Shown: in pieces, positions 32,238 to 42,737 of the stretch | Layout: each line of letters opens with the position of its first letter | Position numbering within the stretch: the stretch's first letter is position 1 | Source: Alphaproteobacteria bacterium | GTDB lineage: Bacteria; Pseudomonadota; Alphaproteobacteria; JAAXGF01 | Assembly: GCA_963555825.3 (NCBI GenBank) | Contig: CAUVXB020000002.1 | Location: forward strand, 2,528,001-2,592,000 | Length of the DNA: 64,000 nucleotides | Direction: 5' to 3' | Notes under the pieces: generated by a model | What the model saw: only the letters and a program-made list of their open reading frames with translations | Database searches by the model: none | What the model was told of the DNA's origin: nothing | Program-made: the position numbers and the translations under genes

Positions 32238-32298
32238 CCTCAATCGGGCATCGTGAAGGGGTCGGGGTCGAGGAAGCGGCGCACCACGTTCTCGCTGA
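32238..32298. repeat. Direct repeat, right copy (3' end of DMFase large subunit copy 2)
   Basis: 60/61 identical to 20095-20155. Confidence 0.93.
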
Positions 32299-34474
32299 GC
32301 CGCGCGACGTTGTTGTCGTAGCCGTTGTGCGGCAGGCTCGCGGCCCAGGCGATCGAGCCGACCGAGAAGACCGCGCCGCCGCGCGCCGTCTCGAAGAACG
32401 TCATATCCGCCCGGATGTCCGGGTTTTGCGCGCCATCCATGGCTGAATGGTGGAAGCCGGTCTCGTCGGGCACCAGGTAGGTGTTTGCCGAATGGCCTTC
32501 CGAGCTGGCGACGATCAGCGTATGAGCGGGCGTGCCGAGCATCGGATCGGCCGCGTCGATCTCCGAGCCGCTGGCGCCGTCGCCGAGGATGCCGAAGTCG
32601 CCGATCACCTCGTCGTCGCCGATGCCCTCGAAGATGAAACTGGCGCGCGGATCGAAACTGGCTTCCTTGCGCCGGTAGTGGCCCGAGGCGTCGAAGCCGA
32701 CCGCGACCGTGCCGACGCCGACCAGCGCCTGAGGCGCCATGCCGAGGCGGCGCCACAGGCCGCCGTACTCGCCGGTGAACTCGAGATAGTACTCGCCGGG
32801 TTCCTCATCGCGGTAGCGGATGCCGTCCTCGGCCCGGCGCAGCTCGAGCACGCCCGGCATCGCGTCCGAGAAGGCGCAGCGCCAGATGAAGCCGTTGCCG
32901 CCGAGATAGACCAGCCGGCCGGCGCGCGCGAGATAGGCCCTCAGCCCGTCCCACATCGGCGTCGTATAGTATTCGGGATGCGCGCCGGTGATCACGGCAG
33001 CGTAGGGCTCGAGCAGCGCGACGCCCTCGTGATGCAGGTCCTCGTCGGTGATCACGTCGTAGTCGATGCCCTTCTCCTCGAGCCAGCCGAGAATGTGGGT
33101 ATCGGCGTTGAAGCCCCACAGCGGCGTCTTGGGCGCCATGTTGAGCACCGGCCGCAGCCGCGAGGCGTAGCGCACGCCGCTGGCGTCGGAATGGGTGTCG
33201 TAGGTCGAGAGGCCGAACTCCGAGTGCTCCTGCAGGAAGACGTCGCCCGGATCGAGCGTCGTCCAGAACGTCTCGGAGACCTCCGAGTAGTGCTGGTGCA
33301 GCATCCAGTGATAGTTCGAATACGCCATATAGGTCGCCGTCGAGGCCAGGAAGGCGAGCTTCGCCGTGGTCGTGCCCCGCGGCGGGCGCACGAAGAAGGT
33401 GACGTACCACTCATCGTCCTCGGCCCTGAGGCGCGCCGCGTAGACCCCGCTCGGCAGATCCTCGGGCACCTCGTAGTCGAAATCCGCCTCCCAGCCGACG
33501 TCGTAATGGTCGTCGTCGTGGAAGTGGATGGCGCCGTATTCCTGGGGTGCGTGGCGCCAGTTCTGTTCGGCGCCGGACCAGTTGAAGCCCTTGACGGCGC
33601 GCGAGGGCAGGTTGACGGCGCGCCCGTGCGCCCGGTTGGGGCCGAGGTCGCTGATCCGGTCTCCGCCGATGTCGCGCGCGAAGTCCCAGGACGCGATCAC
33701 CGAGGTGTCGCGCTCATGGGGCGCGGCGTCCCAGGCGAGCGCTACGATCTCGGCCCGTGACAAGGCACGGCCGGTCAGCCGTGGTCGATCGATCTTGCCG
33801 TTGAAGTGATTGCGCGCCCCGGGACCGCCGGCGGGGTGCGCCGCGGGCAGCGCCGCCATCACCAGCGGCGCGCCGCCGTTGGCCGCGACATCGAATGCGA
33901 TGGCGCTCGTGACGCTGGCGGCGCTGCTCACCTCGAGCGGTGTCTCGATGGGTTCCTGGAAGACGCTGAGGTCTCGCGTCGCCGCGTCGTAGGCAGCGGC
34001 GACCAGGTGCCAGCGCCGCACCGCGAGCGGCCCGCCCGTACTCACCTGGGCGACATTCCCGTTACCGTCGCCGAGCCGCATGGCGAGCGCGCCGGCGTCG
34101 TCGATCAACAGGGCGAAACCGCTCGCCGTCTCGCCGATCCAGTTGGCGATCAGTCCCTGCTCGCCCCTGTCGGGTGTCGTCGGAAAGACCCAGGCCTGCA
34201 CGGTGAAGCTTCCCGGCGCGGCGATCGCCGGGACATCCGGAACGATCACGTAGGAGCCGGCGACCGTCGGCTGCGTCCGGCCGGGGTATTCGCCATTGAA
34301 CGGCGCGGCGATCTCTGCTTCGCGATAGATGCCGTGGTCGGGATCGTCATCGCCGCAGATGACGCGCACCAGGTCGGCGCGATAGCGCTCGGCACCATAG
34401 GTGCTCACCTTGATGCTGAGTGTATCGCCCGGCATCACGCTCCAGGCGTTTGCGTATCCAACGACTTTCTTCAC
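32240..34474 (-). CDS. N,N-dimethylformamidase-like large subunit, copy 2
   Basis: EYGAIHFHDDD, YMAYSN, GLSTYD.H, GAHPEYY, YLGGNGF, GSEID; clear paralog of 17439-19652. Confidence 0.88.
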   Translation of the reverse strand: MKKVVGYANAWSVMPGDTLSIKVSTYGAERYRADLVRVICGDDDPDHGIYREAEIAAPFNGEYPGRTQPTVAGSYVIVPDVPAIAAPGSFTVQAWVFPTTPDRGEQGLIANWIGETASGFALLIDDAGALAMRLGDGNGNVAQVSTGGPLAVRRWHLVAAAYDAATRDLSVFQEPIETPLEVSSAASVTSAIAFDVAANGGAPLVMAALPAAHPAGGPGARNHFNGKIDRPRLTGRALSRAEIVALAWDAAPHERDTSVIASWDFARDIGGDRISDLGPNRAHGRAVNLPSRAVKGFNWSGAEQNWRHAPQEYGAIHFHDDDHYDVGWEADFDYEVPEDLPSGVYAARLRAEDDEWYVTFFVRPPRGTTTAKLAFLASTATYMAYSNYHWMLHQHYSEVSETFWTTLDPGDVFLQEHSEFGLSTYDTHSDASGVRYASRLRPVLNMAPKTPLWGFNADTHILGWLEEKGIDYDVITDEDLHHEGVALLEPYAAVITGAHPEYYTTPMWDGLRAYLARAGRLVYLGGNGFIWRCAFSDAMPGVLELRRAEDGIRYRDEEPGEYYLEFTGEYGGLWRRLGMAPQALVGVGTVAVGFDASGHYRRKEASFDPRASFIFEGIGDDEVIGDFGILGDGASGSEIDAADPMLGTPAHTLIVASSEGHSANTYLVPDETGFHHSAMDGAQNPDIRADMTFFETARGGAVFSVGSIAWAASLPHNGYDNNVARLSENVVRRFLDPDPFTMPD

Positions 34475-34504
34475 GGCTCAATTCCTCCTCGGCACGCAAA
34501 ATCG

Positions 34505-34804
34505 CTATGCGATCACCTCGCCCGTCACCGCTTCCCAGCGCAATCGGAACACTTCCCAGGCGGCGGCGTAGTAATCGTCGAAGACGCGGTCCTCGAAGAG
34601 CTCCAGCTTGGCGCCCCGGACCGTCGGCATTTTCGCCACCGTCCACTCGCGGCCGCGCTTGGTGCAGACCAGGATGTAGCGTTCCGCCATCGGTCCCAGG
34701 CGCAAGCGGTTGACCAGCAGCGTGAGCTCGGGGCCGTAGGGTCCCCCAGGGTTCTGCCGGTACTCCTCGACGAGGTCCTTTCTCGATGTGTCGATCGCGT
34801 ACAT
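34505..34804 (-). CDS. N,N-dimethylformamidase-like small subunit, copy 2
   Basis: NPGGPYGPEL..LVNRLR..RYILVCTK..VFRLRW; RBS AAGGAGG. Confidence 0.75.
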   Translation of the reverse strand: MYAIDTSRKDLVEEYRQNPGGPYGPELTLLVNRLRLGPMAERYILVCTKRGREWTVAKMPTVRGAKLELFEDRVFDDYYAAAWEVFRLRWEAVTGEVIA

Positions 34805-34983
34805 ATGCAATTGCCTCCTTCAACGTCCGAGCATCGGATGACAGTGGCCCGGCAAACCGCGTTCGATGATGGCTTTCCGGCGCCGCCCGGGCATCCGGCG
34901 ACGCTGTCGCGAAACGCCGCCGTGGCCTACAATGCGGGCAGTTTATCAGACTCTGGATCGGCCGGGTCGGTGGGAGGATCAAT

Positions 34984-35745
34984 ATGTCTGGCGTTCTGCT
35001 CGTGACCGGCGGCAGCCGGGGAATCGGCCGCGACGTCGCACTGCGCGCCGGCGAACGCGGCTGGGACGTCGTGGTCAATTACACGGCGAGCCACGACGCG
35101 GCCGAGACCGTCGCCGCCGAGGTCCGGTCGCACGGCCGCCGCTCGATCGCCGTACAGGCCGACGTCGCCAAGCACGACGACGTCGAGCGCCTATTCGCGA
35201 CGATCGACGGCGAATTCGGCCGGCTCGACGGTCTGGTCAACAACGCCGGCGTCGGCCGCAGCCAGGGCCCGTTCGAGGACTGCCGGCCCAAAGACCTGCG
35301 CGAGACCTTCGAGGTCAACGTGTTCGGCCTGTTCTACGTCTCGCAGGCGGCGGTCCGGCGCATGTCGACCAAGCACGGCGGGTCGGGCGGGTCGATCGTC
35401 AACGTGTCGTCGGCGGCGGCGCGCACCGGCGGCGTCAACGCGTTCATCGACTATGCCGCGTCGAAGGGCGCGGTCGACACGATCACCATCGGTCTGGCCA
35501 AGGAACTGGGCCCGGTCGGCATCCGCGTCAACGCCGTGCGCCCGGGCGTCACGGCGACTGAAATGCTCGAACATGTCCGCGAGTCCGACCCATCGTGGCT
35601 CGACGACGTGGTTGCGACCATGCCGATGGGCCGCATCGGCGAGGTCCGCGAGATCGCCGATCCGATCCTGTGGCTGTTGTCCGCCGAAGCGTCCTACGTC
35701 ACCGGCACGATCATCGACGCCTCGGGCGGGCGGGCGACGCCGTGA
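34984..35745 (+). CDS. Short-chain dehydrogenase/reductase
   Basis: TGGSRGIG, LVNNAG, YAASK. Confidence 0.92.
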   Translation: MSGVLLVTGGSRGIGRDVALRAGERGWDVVVNYTASHDAAETVAAEVRSHGRRSIAVQADVAKHDDVERLFATIDGEFGRLDGLVNNAGVGRSQGPFEDCRPKDLRETFEVNVFGLFYVSQAAVRRMSTKHGGSGGSIVNVSSAAARTGGVNAFIDYAASKGAVDTITIGLAKELGPVGIRVNAVRPGVTATEMLEHVRESDPSWLDDVVATMPMGRIGEVREIADPILWLLSAEASYVTGTIIDASGGRATP

Positions 35746-35785
35746 ACGACCGCAACGAAGCCGGACACGCTGGAGGAGGAAAGTC

Positions 35786-36742
35786 ATGGCCAACGAGCCC
35801 CTGAAGCCGGTCGGCGTCGAGACCATCGCGCCCTTCACCTATCCCGACTCGCTGCTGCGCGCGCAGCGCCAGACCGGGCCCGAGGGCCTCGATATCGCGT
35901 TGTTCGGCCTGCCCTACGACGGCGGCACCATCGCGCGCGACGGCGCGCGCCACGGCCCCGGCCAGATGCGCCAGATGTCGATCAACATCCGCGGCACCAA
36001 CATGTCGACCGGCGCCTCGCCGTTCGCCGCCTGCCGCATCGCCGACATCGGCGACGGGCCGGTCAACTCGTTCGACCACGTCGCCAGCGTCGACATGATG
36101 ACCGCGTTCTGCGCCGAGATCGCCGCGGCCGGCGCCTGGCCGCTGGCGGCCGGTGGCGACCACCTGATCACGCTGCCGGTGCTGCGCGGCACGGTCGATC
36201 CGGCCAACCCGGTCGGCCTGGTCCACTTCGACGCCCATCCCGATACCCACGACAACATCTTCGGCACCAAGCTCAACCACGCGACGCCGTTCCGCCGCGC
36301 CATCGAGGAGGGCCTGGTCGACCCCAAGCGCCACGTCATGATCGGCCTGCGCGGCACGACGCGCGAGACCGACGCGGCGCTCGACTGGGCGCACGACCAA
36401 GGCATCACGATGATCGACATCGACGAATTCTACGAGCTTGGACCCAAAGCGACGGCCGCCAAGGCGCGCGCGGTGGTCGGCGATGGGCCGGTCTATGTCA
36501 CGCTCGACGTCGACGGCGTCGACCCGGCCGACATGCCGGGCACCGGCTCGCCCGAGCCGGGCGGCTTGAGGATGCGTGATACGCAGGTCATCCTGCGCGG
36601 GCTTCGCGGCCTCGACATCGTCGGCGGCGACGTCAACGAGGTCTCGCCGCCGCTCGACCCGTCGGGCTACACGGCGTTCAACGCGGTCCACCTGATGTTC
36701 GAGATCCTCTGCCTGATGGCCGAGAACCGCGCGGCGCGGTGA
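35786..36742 (+). CDS. Agmatinase / ureohydrolase family protein
   Basis: GGDH, DAHPD, DVDGVDP, PGTGSPEPGG; RBS GGAGGAG. Confidence 0.9.
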   Translation: MANEPLKPVGVETIAPFTYPDSLLRAQRQTGPEGLDIALFGLPYDGGTIARDGARHGPGQMRQMSINIRGTNMSTGASPFAACRIADIGDGPVNSFDHVASVDMMTAFCAEIAAAGAWPLAAGGDHLITLPVLRGTVDPANPVGLVHFDAHPDTHDNIFGTKLNHATPFRRAIEEGLVDPKRHVMIGLRGTTRETDAALDWAHDQGITMIDIDEFYELGPKATAAKARAVVGDGPVYVTLDVDGVDPADMPGTGSPEPGGLRMRDTQVILRGLRGLDIVGGDVNEVSPPLDPSGYTAFNAVHLMFEILCLMAENRAAR

Positions 36743-36846
36743 CAGCGCATCGCGTTTTCGAGACGCCGGCTCAGGGCTTCCTGGCGCGCAGAGGGAAACT
36801 CGACGGGACGGGCGGCAGCGGCGGCGGGTAGTGGTAGAAGTATTCG

Positions 36847-37305
36847 TCAAGCGAGGATGGTACGCACATCGTCGCACGCGCGCTCGATCAATGCCACATC
36901 GTCGCCGCTCCACGCGCGCGTGCCCAGGGTGTAGTGGACCGACACGATGCCGACCATGGTGTCGCCGCGAAACACGCCGCAAACCATCTCGGCGCGAATG
37001 CCGTATTGCTCGATCACGTAATTCTCGGGCGCGACCTCGGGCGCCCAGGGGTTGAGGCAGTCCTCCATGACGAAAGGACGCCGGTTCTCGCGCAGCCAGC
37101 GGGCGGCTGCGCCGTTGCGGGCGCCGGGCGTTCGCTGCCCCTCGAGGGCGAGAACGCCGTCGGCGCGGGATTCCGCGGCGACGGTCTCGACATCCAGACC
37201 GAGGCGCGCGGAGTCGACGCGGATCGTCGTGCGCGACGCGCCGGTGCCGGCGCGCAGCCGGTCGACGATGTCACGGAAGGCGTCGATGGTCTCGTTCTCG
37301 TCCAT
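36847..37305 (-). CDS. Stand-alone GAF-domain protein
   Basis: ASRTTIR, YGIRAEM, GIVSVH..RAWS. Confidence 0.7.
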   Translation of the reverse strand: MDENETIDAFRDIVDRLRAGTGASRTTIRVDSARLGLDVETVAAESRADGVLALEGQRTPGARNGAAARWLRENRRPFVMEDCLNPWAPEVAPENYVIEQYGIRAEMVCGVFRGDTMVGIVSVHYTLGTRAWSGDDVALIERACDDVRTILA

Positions 37306-37330
37306 GGTCGATTTGCCGGAAAGCGAATCT

Positions 37331-38926
37331 CTACCCGACGTAGGTGAGCGTCGTCATCATGCCGGCGGCCATGTGGTAGAGGTTGTGGCAGTGCATCACC
37401 CAGTCGCCGGGATTGGTCGCGTCGAAGACGACCGTCACATGGATGTGCGGCGGCACCAGGACGGTGTCGCGCATGGCGCCCGGAAACCGCTCGCCGTTGA
37501 TCGCGACGACCTGGAAGGGCACGCCGTGCATGTGCATCGGGTGCGCCATCATGGTGTGATTGCGGAACGCCAGTTCGACGCGCTCGCCGGCGCGTAGTTC
37601 GAGCGGCTTGTGGTCGCCATAGGCGGCGCCGTTGATGCCCCAGACGAAGCCCTGCATCGAGCCGGTCAAATCGACGACATGCCTGCGGTCCGCCGGCCTC
37701 GCTTCGAGCGGTTGGGCAGCGGCGAGGCGGCGTTCGAGGTCGAGACCCAGCGCGGGCGCCATGTGCTCGACCTGGTCGGCGAGGTGTTTGAGGCGCCCCG
37801 CCGGGGTCGCAAGCACGATCCCGGTACGCGCCGTGTCGCCTTCGCGGTGCGCCATGATCGGATAGGCCCCTTGCCCGGCAGGCAGCGTGAGCCGGAGGTC
37901 GAGCCGCTGCGCGATGGCGATCGGAAAGCGCTGGCCGGGGACCGGCTCGACGGGCAGGCCGTCGACCGCGATCAGGCTGCCCTCGAGGCCGCCGAGACCG
38001 AGCCAGAAGTTGGTGCTGGCGGCGGCGTTGATGATACGCAGGCGCAGGCGCCCGCCGGGCGCGACGCGCACCACGTCGGGATCGGCGAGCGTGCGGTCGT
38101 TGGCCAGATAGGCGTCGAATTCGACATCGTTGAGATCCATCTCCATGGCGCCCATGGGCATGGCCTCGTTATCGCCGGACATCATGTCCATGGCCGCCAT
38201 GTCGCCGGATTGGCCGGTCATCATGTCCATGGCCGCCATGTCGCCGGATTGGCCGGACATCATGTCCATGGCCGCCGTTTCGCCGGATTGGCCGGTCATC
38301 ATGTCCATGGCCGCCGTTTCGCCCGATTGGCCGGTCGTGGCGCCGGCCATTTCCATCTGTTCCGACATGCCGCCATGGCCGCCGCCGGCGCGTAGATCGG
38401 CGAGAATCTCGTCGGGGTCGCGGAACGTGAAGTCGTGCAGCATCACGACGATTTCCTGCTCGTCGAGGCCGGCCTCGGCCGGGTCGCGGATGATGAAGGG
38501 CGCCGCCATCATCCGCTGCTCCTGGAAGCCGACGTGCGAGTGCATCCAAAACGTGCCGGGGACGTCGAGCGGGAAGTCGTAATCATACGCGGCGCCAGGC
38601 GCGAGCGCCGGTTGCGAGACATCGGGAACGCCGTCCTGCCGATATGGCGGCGACAGGCCGTGCCAGTGCACCAGGGTCGGTTCGTCGAGGTGGTTTTCGA
38701 GCGTCGCGCGGTAGCGTTGCCCGGCCTCGGCGTAAACACCCCACACGCCGTCGGGCCGACCGATATGAAGCGTCGACGCCGCCTTGCCGTTGACCTCGAT
38801 CACGCGCGTCTCGGCGCGCAGGACGATCGGCGACTGCCCGGCCATCGCCGGCCACGTCAGGGCTGCCGGCATGAGCGCCGCCCCGGCGGCGGATCCGAGG
38901 AATTCGCGGCGCGTGAAACTGGTCAT
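37331..38926 (-). CDS. Tat-exported multicopper oxidase with Met-rich insert
   Basis: TRREFL Tat signal; HWHG, WMHSH, HPMHMHG, HCHNLYHM. Confidence 0.92.
   Translation of the reverse strand: MTSFTRREFLGSAAGAALMPAALTWPAMAGQSPIVLRAETRVIEVNGKAASTLHIGRPDGVWGVYAEAGQRYRATLENHLDEPTLVHWHGLSPPYRQDGVPDVSQPALAPGAAYDYDFPLDVPGTFWMHSHVGFQEQRMMAAPFIIRDPAEAGLDEQEIVVMLHDFTFRDPDEILADLRAGGGHGGMSEQMEMAGATTGQSGETAAMDMMTGQSGETAAMDMMSGQSGDMAAMDMMTGQSGDMAAMDMMSGDNEAMPMGAMEMDLNDVEFDAYLANDRTLADPDVVRVAPGGRLRLRIINAAASTNFWLGLGGLEGSLIAVDGLPVEPVPGQRFPIAIAQRLDLRLTLPAGQGAYPIMAHREGDTARTGIVLATPAGRLKHLADQVEHMAPALGLDLERRLAAAQPLEARPADRRHVVDLTGSMQGFVWGINGAAYGDHKPLELRAGERVELAFRNHTMMAHPMHMHGVPFQVVAINGERFPGAMRDTVLVPPHIHVTVVFDATNPGDWVMHCHNLYHMAAGMMTTLTYVG
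38174..38336 (-). repeat. 39-bp coding tandem repeat, 4 units plus a partial (QSGETAAMDMMTG)
   Basis: Units start at 38174, 38213, 38252, 38291. Confidence 0.9.
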
Positions 38927-39060
38927 ATTCAATCTCCAAAACCGCGGCTGCGCAGATGGCTTCCCGCAATCGCTTGCGACAGTATCACGAGAACCGCCCC
39001 AAATCGAAAGCCGCGCCCTTTGGGATGTAGTGACTCCGAATTCGGCCTTGAACGGGCGAA

Positions 39061-39666
39061 CTAGACCGCGTCGATGCGCTCGATGGCGCCGCCGTGCAGG
39101 CGGTAGAAGGCGTTCTGGGGCTGGTCGAGGGCGAGCGTCTCGGCGGGGCTGAGGCCCAGATAGTGGCCGCGGAAGACGCGGCCGACCGCGCCGTGCGCGA
39201 CGGCGATGAGCGGTCCGCCGCCCGGCGCCAGGGCGTCGAGCCAGTCGCCGACGCGCGCCGCCAGCATGGCATAGCTCTCGCCGCCGCCCGGCGGCACGTA
39301 GTTCCAGTGGTGGTGGGTGTCCTGGCGGCGGTGCGCCAGCGCGCCGGGGTCGCGCGCCTCGATCTCGTCGAGGGTCAGGCCGTCCCAGGCGCCCCAGGTC
39401 TGCTCCTGCAAGCGGTCGTCGATCGGGATGTCTTCGGGCGCCAATCCCAGTTCGGCGCGGATCAGCGCCGCGGTCCGCCGCGTGCGGCCGAGGGGACTCG
39501 CCACCATCTTGACGTCGCCGTCGACGAGTCGGGCGAGCGCGCGGCCCATGGCGCGCGCCTGGTCCTCGCCGCGTGGCGTGAGCCGCGAATCGAGATGGCC
39601 CTGCATGCGCCGCTCGCGGTTCCACTCGGTCTCGCCGTGGCGGACCAGATAGATCACGCGGTCCAT
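39061..39666 (-). CDS. Histidine phosphatase (phosphoglycerate mutase family), copy A
   Basis: LVRHGETEWN, SPLGR, GGES, AHG. Confidence 0.9.
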   Translation of the reverse strand: MDRVIYLVRHGETEWNRERRMQGHLDSRLTPRGEDQARAMGRALARLVDGDVKMVASPLGRTRRTAALIRAELGLAPEDIPIDDRLQEQTWGAWDGLTLDEIEARDPGALAHRRQDTHHHWNYVPPGGGESYAMLAARVGDWLDALAPGGGPLIAVAHGAVGRVFRGHYLGLSPAETLALDQPQNAFYRLHGGAIERIDAV

Positions 39667-39713
39667 GGCATTCGCTGAGGATCGTCGGTATTCATTGGGG
39701 TCGACGCTTTACT

Positions 39714-40322
39714 TCATCGCCCGGCCGCGTCGATGCGCTCGATGGCGCCGCCGTGTAGGCGAAAGAATGCGTCCTGCGGCTCGTCGACGGTGAGCGTCTC
39801 GGCCTCGGAGAGCCCCGCGTAGCGCCCACGCAGCACGCGCCCCACCGGGCCATGGGTGATGGCGACGATGCGCCGGCCGGGCGCGAGGTCGTCGAGCCAG
39901 CCGCCGACGCGCGCGGCCAACGCGGCGTGGCTTTCGCCGCCCGGCGGCTCGTGGGTCCAGTGCTGCCGGGCGTCCCGGCGGCGGCGCGCCAGCTCGCCCG
40001 GGTCGCGCGCCTCGATCTCGTCGAGCGTCAGCCCGTCCCAGGCGCCCCAAGTCATCTCGTTGAGCCGGTCGTCGGCCGTGTGTTCGGCCGCGAAACCCAT
40101 CGCGTGACCGATGATCTCCGCGCTTCGCCTGGCGCGGCCCAACGGGCTGGCCACCATGTCGAAGCCGTCGCCGTCGCCGATCAGCCCGGCGAGCGCCGTG
40201 CCGACCCGCCGAGCCTGGTCCTCGCCGCGCGCGGTGAGCGGCGAATCGAGTTGGCCCTGGATGCGGCGGTCGCGGTTCCACTCGGTCTCGCCGTGACGGA
40301 CGAGGTAGATCAGGCGGTCCAT
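39714..40322 (-). CDS. Histidine phosphatase (phosphoglycerate mutase family), copy B
   Basis: LVRHGETEWN, SPLGR, GGES, THG; tandem paralog of copy A. Confidence 0.9.
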   Translation of the reverse strand: MDRLIYLVRHGETEWNRDRRIQGQLDSPLTARGEDQARRVGTALAGLIGDGDGFDMVASPLGRARRSAEIIGHAMGFAAEHTADDRLNEMTWGAWDGLTLDEIEARDPGELARRRRDARQHWTHEPPGGESHAALAARVGGWLDDLAPGRRIVAITHGPVGRVLRGRYAGLSEAETLTVDEPQDAFFRLHGGAIERIDAAGR

Positions 40323-40494
40323 CGCGCTAGTCCTCGATGCGTTTCGTCAGTTTTATGCGATTGCACTCGCCGTCGCGCCGGTCGTCGATACCATCCATCG
40401 GGTTCTTGACCAGATGGATACCGGCAGTAACGCGCCATCGAGGTCCAGGCCAACCTCGATGACATGCGCGTCGTCGTCCGCGTTATACCAGGGA

Positions 40495-41277
40495 TCAGGC
40501 GTCGGCCAGTATCTCTATCGCCTCGGCGTGCCGGCGGGTGTCGCCGGCGGCCAGGATTCGGCTACCCGAGGACAGCGTCAGCGACGCGCCCCGCCAATCG
40601 CTGATGACGCCGCCGGCGCCCTCGATGACCGGCACCAGCGCGAGGTAGTCGAACGGCTCGAGCGCGACGTCGATACCGAGGTCGATGCGCCCCGAGGCGA
40701 GCTGGGCGTACGCCAGGCAACTGCCGCCGTAGACCGTCCAGCAGACCGCCGCCTTGAGCCGCGCGAAGGCGTCGCCGTCGTCGGGACCGTAGAAGTCGGG
40801 ATTGCTGGTCGACATCAGCGCGCCCGCGAGGTCGTCGCTAGCGCGCGTACGGACCGGGGCGCCGTTGCGCGTCGTCGGCCGGCCGCGGCAGCCGAGCCAG
40901 CGTTCGTTGGTTGCCGGCATGTCGATGACGCCGATCAGCGGCGCGCCGTCCTCGATCAGCGCGATCAGCGTGCCGAAGACGGGGATGCCGGCCAGGAAGG
41001 GCAACGTGCCGTCGATCGGATCGATCACCCAGACCGGGCCGCCGTCGGCCGCCGTGGCGCCGCGTTCCTCGCCGACGACGCCGTGGCTCGGATAGGCCGC
41101 CGCGATCATCGCGCGCAGGCGGTCCTCGACGGCGCGGTCGACATCGGTCACCGGGCTGCCGTCGCCCTTCACCTCGGCCGTGAAGCCGTCCTGGTGGGCC
41201 GCGCGAATGATCGGGCCGCTGGCGTCGGCCAGCCGGCCGGCGAAGCCGGCGAGGTCGTCTACGAGGGTTTGGTCCAC
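40495..41277 (-). CDS. Inositol monophosphatase family (HisN-like)
   Basis: KGDGSPVT, GEE, WVIDPIDGT, D..A..PVIEGAGG..SDW. Confidence 0.88.
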   Translation of the reverse strand: MDQTLVDDLAGFAGRLADASGPIIRAAHQDGFTAEVKGDGSPVTDVDRAVEDRLRAMIAAAYPSHGVVGEERGATAADGGPVWVIDPIDGTLPFLAGIPVFGTLIALIEDGAPLIGVIDMPATNERWLGCRGRPTTRNGAPVRTRASDDLAGALMSTSNPDFYGPDDGDAFARLKAAVCWTVYGGSCLAYAQLASGRIDLGIDVALEPFDYLALVPVIEGAGGVISDWRGASLTLSSGSRILAAGDTRRHAEAIEILADA

Positions 41278-41287
41278 GGTGATCGGC

Positions 41288-42040
41288 TCAATGCGTCAGA
41301 ATTTGACTGAGGAACAGCTTGGTCCGCTCGCTCCTCGGGTTGTCGAAAAATTCTTTGGGCGGGTTCATTTCAACGATCTCGCCGTCATCCATGAAGACCA
41401 CATTGTCGGCCACCGAACGGGCGAAGCCCATCTCGTGGGTCACCACGATCATGGTCATGCCCTCGCGCGCCAAATCGGTCATGACGTCGAGCACTTCGGA
41501 GATCATTTCCGGATCGAGCGCCGAGGTCGGTTCGTCGAACAGCATGACCAGAGGATTCATGCACAGGGCGCGGGCAATGGCGACACGTTGCTGCTGGCCG
41601 CCGGATAGCTGGCTGGGATACTTATCCGCCTGCTCAGGGATCTTCACCCGCTCGAGATACTTCATGGCAGTGTCATAGGCCTCGGGCTTCGAGGACTTGC
41701 GCACCAGCCTGGGCGCCAGCATGAGGTTCTTGATGACCGTCAAGTGGGGAAACAGATTGAAGCTCTGAAACACCATGCCGACTTCGCTTCGCACCGAATC
41801 GATATCCTTCACCGCACTGGTCAGTTCATGGCCGTTCACGATAATCTTGCCGTTGTTGTGTTCCTCGAGCCGGTTGATGCATCGGATCAAGGTCGATTTT
41901 CCGGACCCGGAAGGGCCGCAAACGACAATCCGCTCGCCCTTCTTCACCGACAAGGTGATATTTTTCAGCGCCTGAAACTCGCCAAAAAATTTATCGACAT
42001 TCTCCAGTTGGATGATGATTGTTGGGCCGCTATCAGTCAT
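41288..42040 (-). CDS. Polar amino-acid ABC transporter ATP-binding protein
   Basis: [28 protein letters not shown]. Confidence 0.95.
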   Translation of the reverse strand: MTDSGPTIIIQLENVDKFFGEFQALKNITLSVKKGERIVVCGPSGSGKSTLIRCINRLEEHNNGKIIVNGHELTSAVKDIDSVRSEVGMVFQSFNLFPHLTVIKNLMLAPRLVRKSSKPEAYDTAMKYLERVKIPEQADKYPSQLSGGQQQRVAIARALCMNPLVMLFDEPTSALDPEMISEVLDVMTDLAREGMTMIVVTHEMGFARSVADNVVFMDDGEIVEMNPPKEFFDNPRSERTKLFLSQILTH

Positions 42041-42041
42041 A

Positions 42042-42737
42042 TCATGCCTCGCTTCTTACATGACGGCTCATGCGTTTTTCGATCCCACCGAAACTTCTTT
42101 GAATCATCCACGTGATGATCAGATAGATGACCATCACCGATAGGAAAATTTCATAGGGTGCGTAGGTCTCGGCCACGATGGTTCGGGCGATCCCCATCAT
42201 ATCGAGCAACGTGATGGTGCTGGCCAGAGCGGTGCTCTTCATCAGGCTGATGACATCGTTACTGTAGGCCGGGAGACACAAACGGATGGCGATGGGGGCC
42301 GTAATGTAGATAAATCGGTGCGTTGCGGAGAGTCCCAGCGCCGCGCCCGCTTCTTTCAGGCCCCGGTCCACGCCGAGAACGCCGCCACGAAAAATTTCCG
42401 ACACATAGGCGCCGGTATTCAGCGTCAAGGCGACGATTGCACAGCCGAAAGGCTCGCGCAAAATAGGCCAGAAAATACTGTCGCGGACGAACTCCAGTTG
42501 CGGCAGGCCGTAGTAGATGATGAAGATCTGCACCAGAATGGGAGTGCCGCGAAAGATATAGATGTAGACCATTGTGGGCGCTGCGAGATACCACCGGCCG
42601 CTGATTCGCAACAACAGAAGGACAATGGCGAGCGCCGTACCCAACGCGAGCGACAGGAACAGCAACTGAAACGTCAGGCCAATTCCCATGAGAATTTGGG
42701 GAATGCTTTCGATGATCAGGGCGACATCAAAACTCAT
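42042..42737 (-). CDS. Polar amino-acid ABC permease (HisM-like)
   Basis: [26 protein letters not shown]. Confidence 0.92.
   Translation of the reverse strand: MSFDVALIIESIPQILMGIGLTFQLLFLSLALGTALAIVLLLLRISGRWYLAAPTMVYIYIFRGTPILVQIFIIYYGLPQLEFVRDSIFWPILREPFGCAIVALTLNTGAYVSEIFRGGVLGVDRGLKEAGAALGLSATHRFIYITAPIAIRLCLPAYSNDVISLMKSTALASTITLLDMMGIARTIVAETYAPYEIFLSVMVIYLIITWMIQRSFGGIEKRMSRHVRSEA

Noticed and set aside
38174-38336. Possible CRISPR array
   Set aside because: Tandem units have no spacers and are in frame inside a CDS; no cas genes
37331-39625. 764-aa ORF as a fused protein
   Set aside because: The real oxidase starts at the Tat signal (38926); the upstream part is an off-frame reading of the phosphatase gene
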